A stretch of 64,000 nucleotides of DNA from Peptococcaceae bacterium UBA7702 (lineage in GTDB: Bacteria > Bacillota > Dehalobacteriia > UBA7702). The position numbers and the translations under genes are program-made. Of this stretch, positions 60,864 to 64,000 are shown in pieces (position 1 is the first letter of the stretch; each line of letters begins with the position of its first letter). Location of the stretch: assembly GCA_002482535.1 (NCBI GenBank), contig DLGE01000011.1, positions 2,600 to 66,599 of the forward strand, in the 5' to 3' direction. The notes under the pieces are model-generated. The model made no database searches and was not told the DNA's origin. It saw nothing but the letters and a program-made list of their open reading frames with translations.

Positions 60864-61871
60864 TTAGTCTTTCTTGACGGTGGTTTTGATAAAGGGCATC
60901 ATGGAACGAAGCTGTTTGCCGACAATCTCCACCTGATGTTCTTCGCCCAGGCGTTCCAAGGCATTGAAACGGGGACGGCCCGCCAGATTTTCCTTGATCC
61001 AATCGGAGGCAAAAGTACCTTCCTGGATGTTCTTCAGGTTTTGTTTCATGGCCTTCTTCGTTTCTTCCGTGACAATGGTGGGGCCCACATGAAGGTCGCC
61101 CCATTCCGCCGTATCACTGACAGAATAACGCATGGTAGAAAGGCCGCCTTCATAGATCAGGTCGATGATCAGCTTCAGTTCATGCACACACTCGAAATAG
61201 GCGATTTCCGGCTGATAACCGGCTTCCACCAAAGTTTCAAAGCCGGCGATCAAAAGATGGCTCAAGCCGCCGCAAAGGACGTTTTGTTCGCCGAAGAGGT
61301 CGGTTTCGGTTTCTTCCCGGAAGGTGGTTTCAATGACCCCGGCTCTCGTGCCGCCGATACCTTTGGCCCAGGCCAAGGCGATGTCTTTGGCTTTGCCGGA
61401 GTAATCCTGCTCCACAGCGATGAGATCGGGAACGCCGCTGCCTTCCGTATACGTGCGGCGGACAAGATGCCCGGGACCTTTGGGGGCGATCATGATCACA
61501 TCAACATCTTTGGGAGGAACGATTTGGCCGAAATGGATATTGAAACCGTGGGAAAAGACCAGGACTTTCCCTTCGCTCATTTCCGCTTTGACGGTATCTC
61601 TGTAAATCTTTGCCTGCAATTCGTCGGGGGCGACAATTTGAATGATGTCGGCCTTTTTGACCAATTCTTCCGTGGTCATAATGGTCATACCGTCCGCTTC
61701 CGCCTTTTTCCAATTGGGGCTGCCGGGAAGGTCGGCCACAATCACGTCGAGACCGCTGTCTTTCAAGTTCTGGGACTGTGCGTGTCCCTGAGAACCATAT
61801 CCGATCACACCGATTTTTCTGCCTTTCAAAAAGGATAAGTCGGCGTCACTGTCATAATACATTTTTGCCAT
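60864..61871 (-). CDS. ilvC: ketol-acid reductoisomerase
   Basis: The N-terminus [36 protein letters not shown] has a Rossmann GxGxxG motif. The 335-aa length fits class I KARI. Confidence 0.9.
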   Translation of the reverse strand: MAKMYYDSDADLSFLKGRKIGVIGYGSQGHAQSQNLKDSGLDVIVADLPGSPNWKKAEADGMTIMTTEELVKKADIIQIVAPDELQAKIYRDTVKAEMSEGKVLVFSHGFNIHFGQIVPPKDVDVIMIAPKGPGHLVRRTYTEGSGVPDLIAVEQDYSGKAKDIALAWAKGIGGTRAGVIETTFREETETDLFGEQNVLCGGLSHLLIAGFETLVEAGYQPEIAYFECVHELKLIIDLIYEGGLSTMRYSVSDTAEWGDLHVGPTIVTEETKKAMKQNLKNIQEGTFASDWIKENLAGRPRFNALERLGEEHQVEIVGKQLRSMMPFIKTTVKKD

Positions 61872-61994
61872 GTTTCATTCCTCCTATTGATTCCAAGTTA
61901 ATATTGTTTACCTATTTAATCAATAATTGTAGCACCATTGTGGGGAAAAAGCAATCACTTTTTGAGTACAACAATCAGAAAAAATATGCGCACC

Positions 61995-63473
61995 TCACTT
62001 CAAATATGGCAGATAAGGATTGAGATCGGCGCTGTTGAGATAGAGACCGTAATATTCCTCCAGGGTGGCGACGTTTAACTGTTTCATTTCCGCGGCGACT
62101 TCCACGCCGACATAGCGGAAATGCCACGGTTCGTAGATAATGCCGGTGATTTGCTGTTGATTGGTGGGATAGCGCAGGATATAGCCGTATTCGCTGCAAT
62201 GGGCAGCGATCCATTTGCCCTGAACGGTGCTGCCAAAGGATTGGAGCAGGGTACCGTCGGTGGTGACGTCCATGGCAAGGCCCAACTGATGCTCGCTGGT
62301 GCCGGGAACCGCCGAGATGGTACCGGCTTTATAGATGTTGCCTCCCTGTTTGGAGATCTGATTCTGATAGAGAGTTTGCTGGGTTGCATAGGAACGGTAA
62401 CCGCTCTGGGTATAGAGGGAATAGCCGGGATAGGCTTTTTTGAAATCGGCAATCATTCGGTTCATGGCCGATGCCGCGGCGGACCGCATTGACTGGGGCG
62501 CCTTTCCCGGATAAACGTAACTCACCGCCGTAAGATCATTGGGCACATAAGAAGCGGCGTTCACAATGGGATAGGAACGGTTCACCAACTGGGCATAGCC
62601 GCTGTTGGGATTACCGGATTTCTTTTTGAAGGTCACCGAAACGGTATGATTGGCTCCGTTTATGGCCACCGACTTCCGCACCGCGTAGCCCAGGGAGACA
62701 CCGTCTACCTTGACTTCATTGACCATATAGCCGCTGTCCGGGAGAAAGCGGTAGGTGACGGAAGCGCCGTCCACCAGGGTGGCGGTTCCCGCCGGGGAAA
62801 TCTTACCGTGATCCCCCGCCGTGGCGGTGATCTGATGGGTATCCCCTGCCAGATAATTGTCAAGACGTAGCAAAACCATGGCGATCTGGGCTCTCGTCGA
62901 GGAATCCAAGGGTAGCAAATAACCGTCGCTACCGTTAATCAAACCCCAAGATGTGCAGAAAACCCCGGCTTTCACGGCCCAGGAACCAACGTTAGTGACA
63001 TCATCAAAGGAATGGTAAAGCGCCGCTTCACCGTTCTCATTCGTCACTTTCCCCTGAACGGAGAGAAAACGGTACAAAAAGACCATCAGCTCCTGGCGGG
63101 AAACGTCGCTGCCGGGACGAAAAGAGCCGTCTTCATAACCGGCGGCAATGCCCTTTTCCACGCCCCAAAGCACGGCGTCGGTGTACCAGGTGGCCGCCGC
63201 CACGTCGAAAAAGGGATTTTTAGCGCTGACTGCGGGAGAACCGGCGCCCCGGTATAACACCGTCATGAGCATGGCCCGGGACATGGCGACATCCGGGGCA
63301 AAGGTCGCCGCCGTCACACCTTCCATATAACCCTTTTCATAACAGTGATTCACCGCCGGAGCGTACCAGGAGCCGGCGGAGACGTCCTGAAAGACGGCTG
63401 CCTTGACGTTGCCGGAAAAACAAAGCAACAAAAAAAGAGCAACAAAAAACGGTAACGGTACATTCTTTTTCAT
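61995..63473 (-). CDS. SLH-domain cell-wall protein fused to a D-alanyl-D-alanine carboxypeptidase (VanY/M15B) domain
   Basis: There is a signal peptide, SLH repeats (FQDVSAGSWYAPAV..., FFDVAAATWYTDAV...) and C-terminal M15 motifs SEHQLGLAMDV and EPWHFRYVG. I chose the start MKKNVPL, which has an AGGAG RBS. Confidence 0.75.
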   Translation of the reverse strand: MKKNVPLPFFVALFLLLCFSGNVKAAVFQDVSAGSWYAPAVNHCYEKGYMEGVTAATFAPDVAMSRAMLMTVLYRGAGSPAVSAKNPFFDVAAATWYTDAVLWGVEKGIAAGYEDGSFRPGSDVSRQELMVFLYRFLSVQGKVTNENGEAALYHSFDDVTNVGSWAVKAGVFCTSWGLINGSDGYLLPLDSSTRAQIAMVLLRLDNYLAGDTHQITATAGDHGKISPAGTATLVDGASVTYRFLPDSGYMVNEVKVDGVSLGYAVRKSVAINGANHTVSVTFKKKSGNPNSGYAQLVNRSYPIVNAASYVPNDLTAVSYVYPGKAPQSMRSAAASAMNRMIADFKKAYPGYSLYTQSGYRSYATQQTLYQNQISKQGGNIYKAGTISAVPGTSEHQLGLAMDVTTDGTLLQSFGSTVQGKWIAAHCSEYGYILRYPTNQQQITGIIYEPWHFRYVGVEVAAEMKQLNVATLEEYYGLYLNSADLNPYLPYLK

Positions 63474-63537
63474 TGTTTTTCTCCTTTGTGTAAAAGATGA
63501 AGGCAGGTGATACCCGGCCAACTTTTCGCTGCCGGGT

Positions 63538-64000
63538 TCAACCCTGCTCTTCGCTGGGAGGTCCGCTTTCTTCTTCGTGATGAAAGTCCATATCGCAAAA
63601 AAGGGAATATTCTCTTAAAAATCCCAGCTGAGCCGTGCCCACGGCGCCGTTTCTATTTTTGGCGACGATGGCTTTGGCCAGACGCTTTTCTTCGGATTCA
63701 TCGTAATAATGGGGCCGGTGGATAAAAATGACGATATCGGCATCCTGTTCCAAAGCACCGGATTCCCGCAGATGGGAAAGATCCGGTTCTTTGATTTTGC
63801 CCTCATTTTTCACGGAAGCCCGGTTTAACTGAGAAATCACCACCACCGGTACTTCCAGCTCCTTGGCCAACCCCTTTAATTGCCGGGAGATTTCAGAAAT
63901 CTGCTGTTGGCGGCTTTCCGTCTGTTGCAGGGAGGAGGCTTGCATCAAACCGATGTAGTCAACGACCACGAGATCAAGACCTTTTTCCCGTTTCAGTTTC
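63538..64000 (-). CDS. dnaB: replicative DNA helicase, C-terminal portion. The gene continues past the window end.
   Basis: DnaB C-terminal motifs are present: VVVISQLNRASVKNEGK, ESGALEQDADIVIFIHR and AKNRNGAVG. Confidence 0.8.
   Translation of the reverse strand, partial: KLKREKGLDLVVVDYIGLMQASSLQQTESRQQQISEISRQLKGLAKELEVPVVVISQLNRASVKNEGKIKEPDLSHLRESGALEQDADIVIFIHRPHYYDESEEKRLAKAIVAKNRNGAVGTAQLGFLREYSLFCDMDFHHEEESGPPSEEQG

Noticed and set aside
1-64000. CRISPR arrays, integrase or transposase genes, or toxin-antitoxin pairs
   Set aside because: I found no short regularly spaced direct repeats and no recognisable recombinase, transposase or TA motifs in any frame. The only repeat families present are the MCP paralogs, the tRNA-Glu duplicates, the tRNA 3'-end tandem module and the 172-bp element.

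Overview
This 64-kb window looks like chromosome from a spore-forming Firmicute (Clostridia-like). The evidence is spoIIE, a cotS/cotSA-like pair, an SLH-domain protein and sigma-D-type promoters. GC is roughly 50-55%.

The left end carries housekeeping genes: dus, coaX, bioY, birA, a folP-folB-folK operon, ftsH, tilS and spoIIE, followed by a tRNA-Met/tRNA-Glu pair.

Next comes an accessory-looking block. It holds five tandem, paralogous methyl-accepting chemotaxis protein (MCP) genes, each about 2.1 kb. Each has its own sigma-D-like promoter and a conserved downstream hairpin. Their signalling-domain halves are near-identical and their dCache sensor halves have diverged. A sortase gene and a 1548-aa LPQSG-anchored adhesin with six CnaB/SpaA-type domains follow the MCP array.

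Further right are trxB, a cotS/glycosyltransferase pair, an OmpR-family two-component system, an orphan DUF5131 (phage Gp37/Gp68) gene, and a complete-looking quaternary-amine demethylation locus. That locus comprises an OpuC-type ABC transporter, a non-pyrrolysine MttB-family methyltransferase, an MFS transporter, a corrinoid protein, a methyl-THF:corrinoid methyltransferase and a PucR-like regulator.

The right end has a tRNA-Lys/Glu/Gly operon, purA, pfkA, twin ArsB/NhaD-type permeases, a yknXYZ-like MFP/ABC/FtsX export operon with a second Gly-tailed MFP and a cadherin-like secreted protein, ilvC, an SLH-VanY peptidase and the 3' part of dnaB.

The most unusual observation is a 172-bp repeated intergenic element present in two full copies plus one partial copy. 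Each full copy is flanked by a duplicated copy of a local terminator hairpin, which looks like a hairpin-targeting miniature insertion element.
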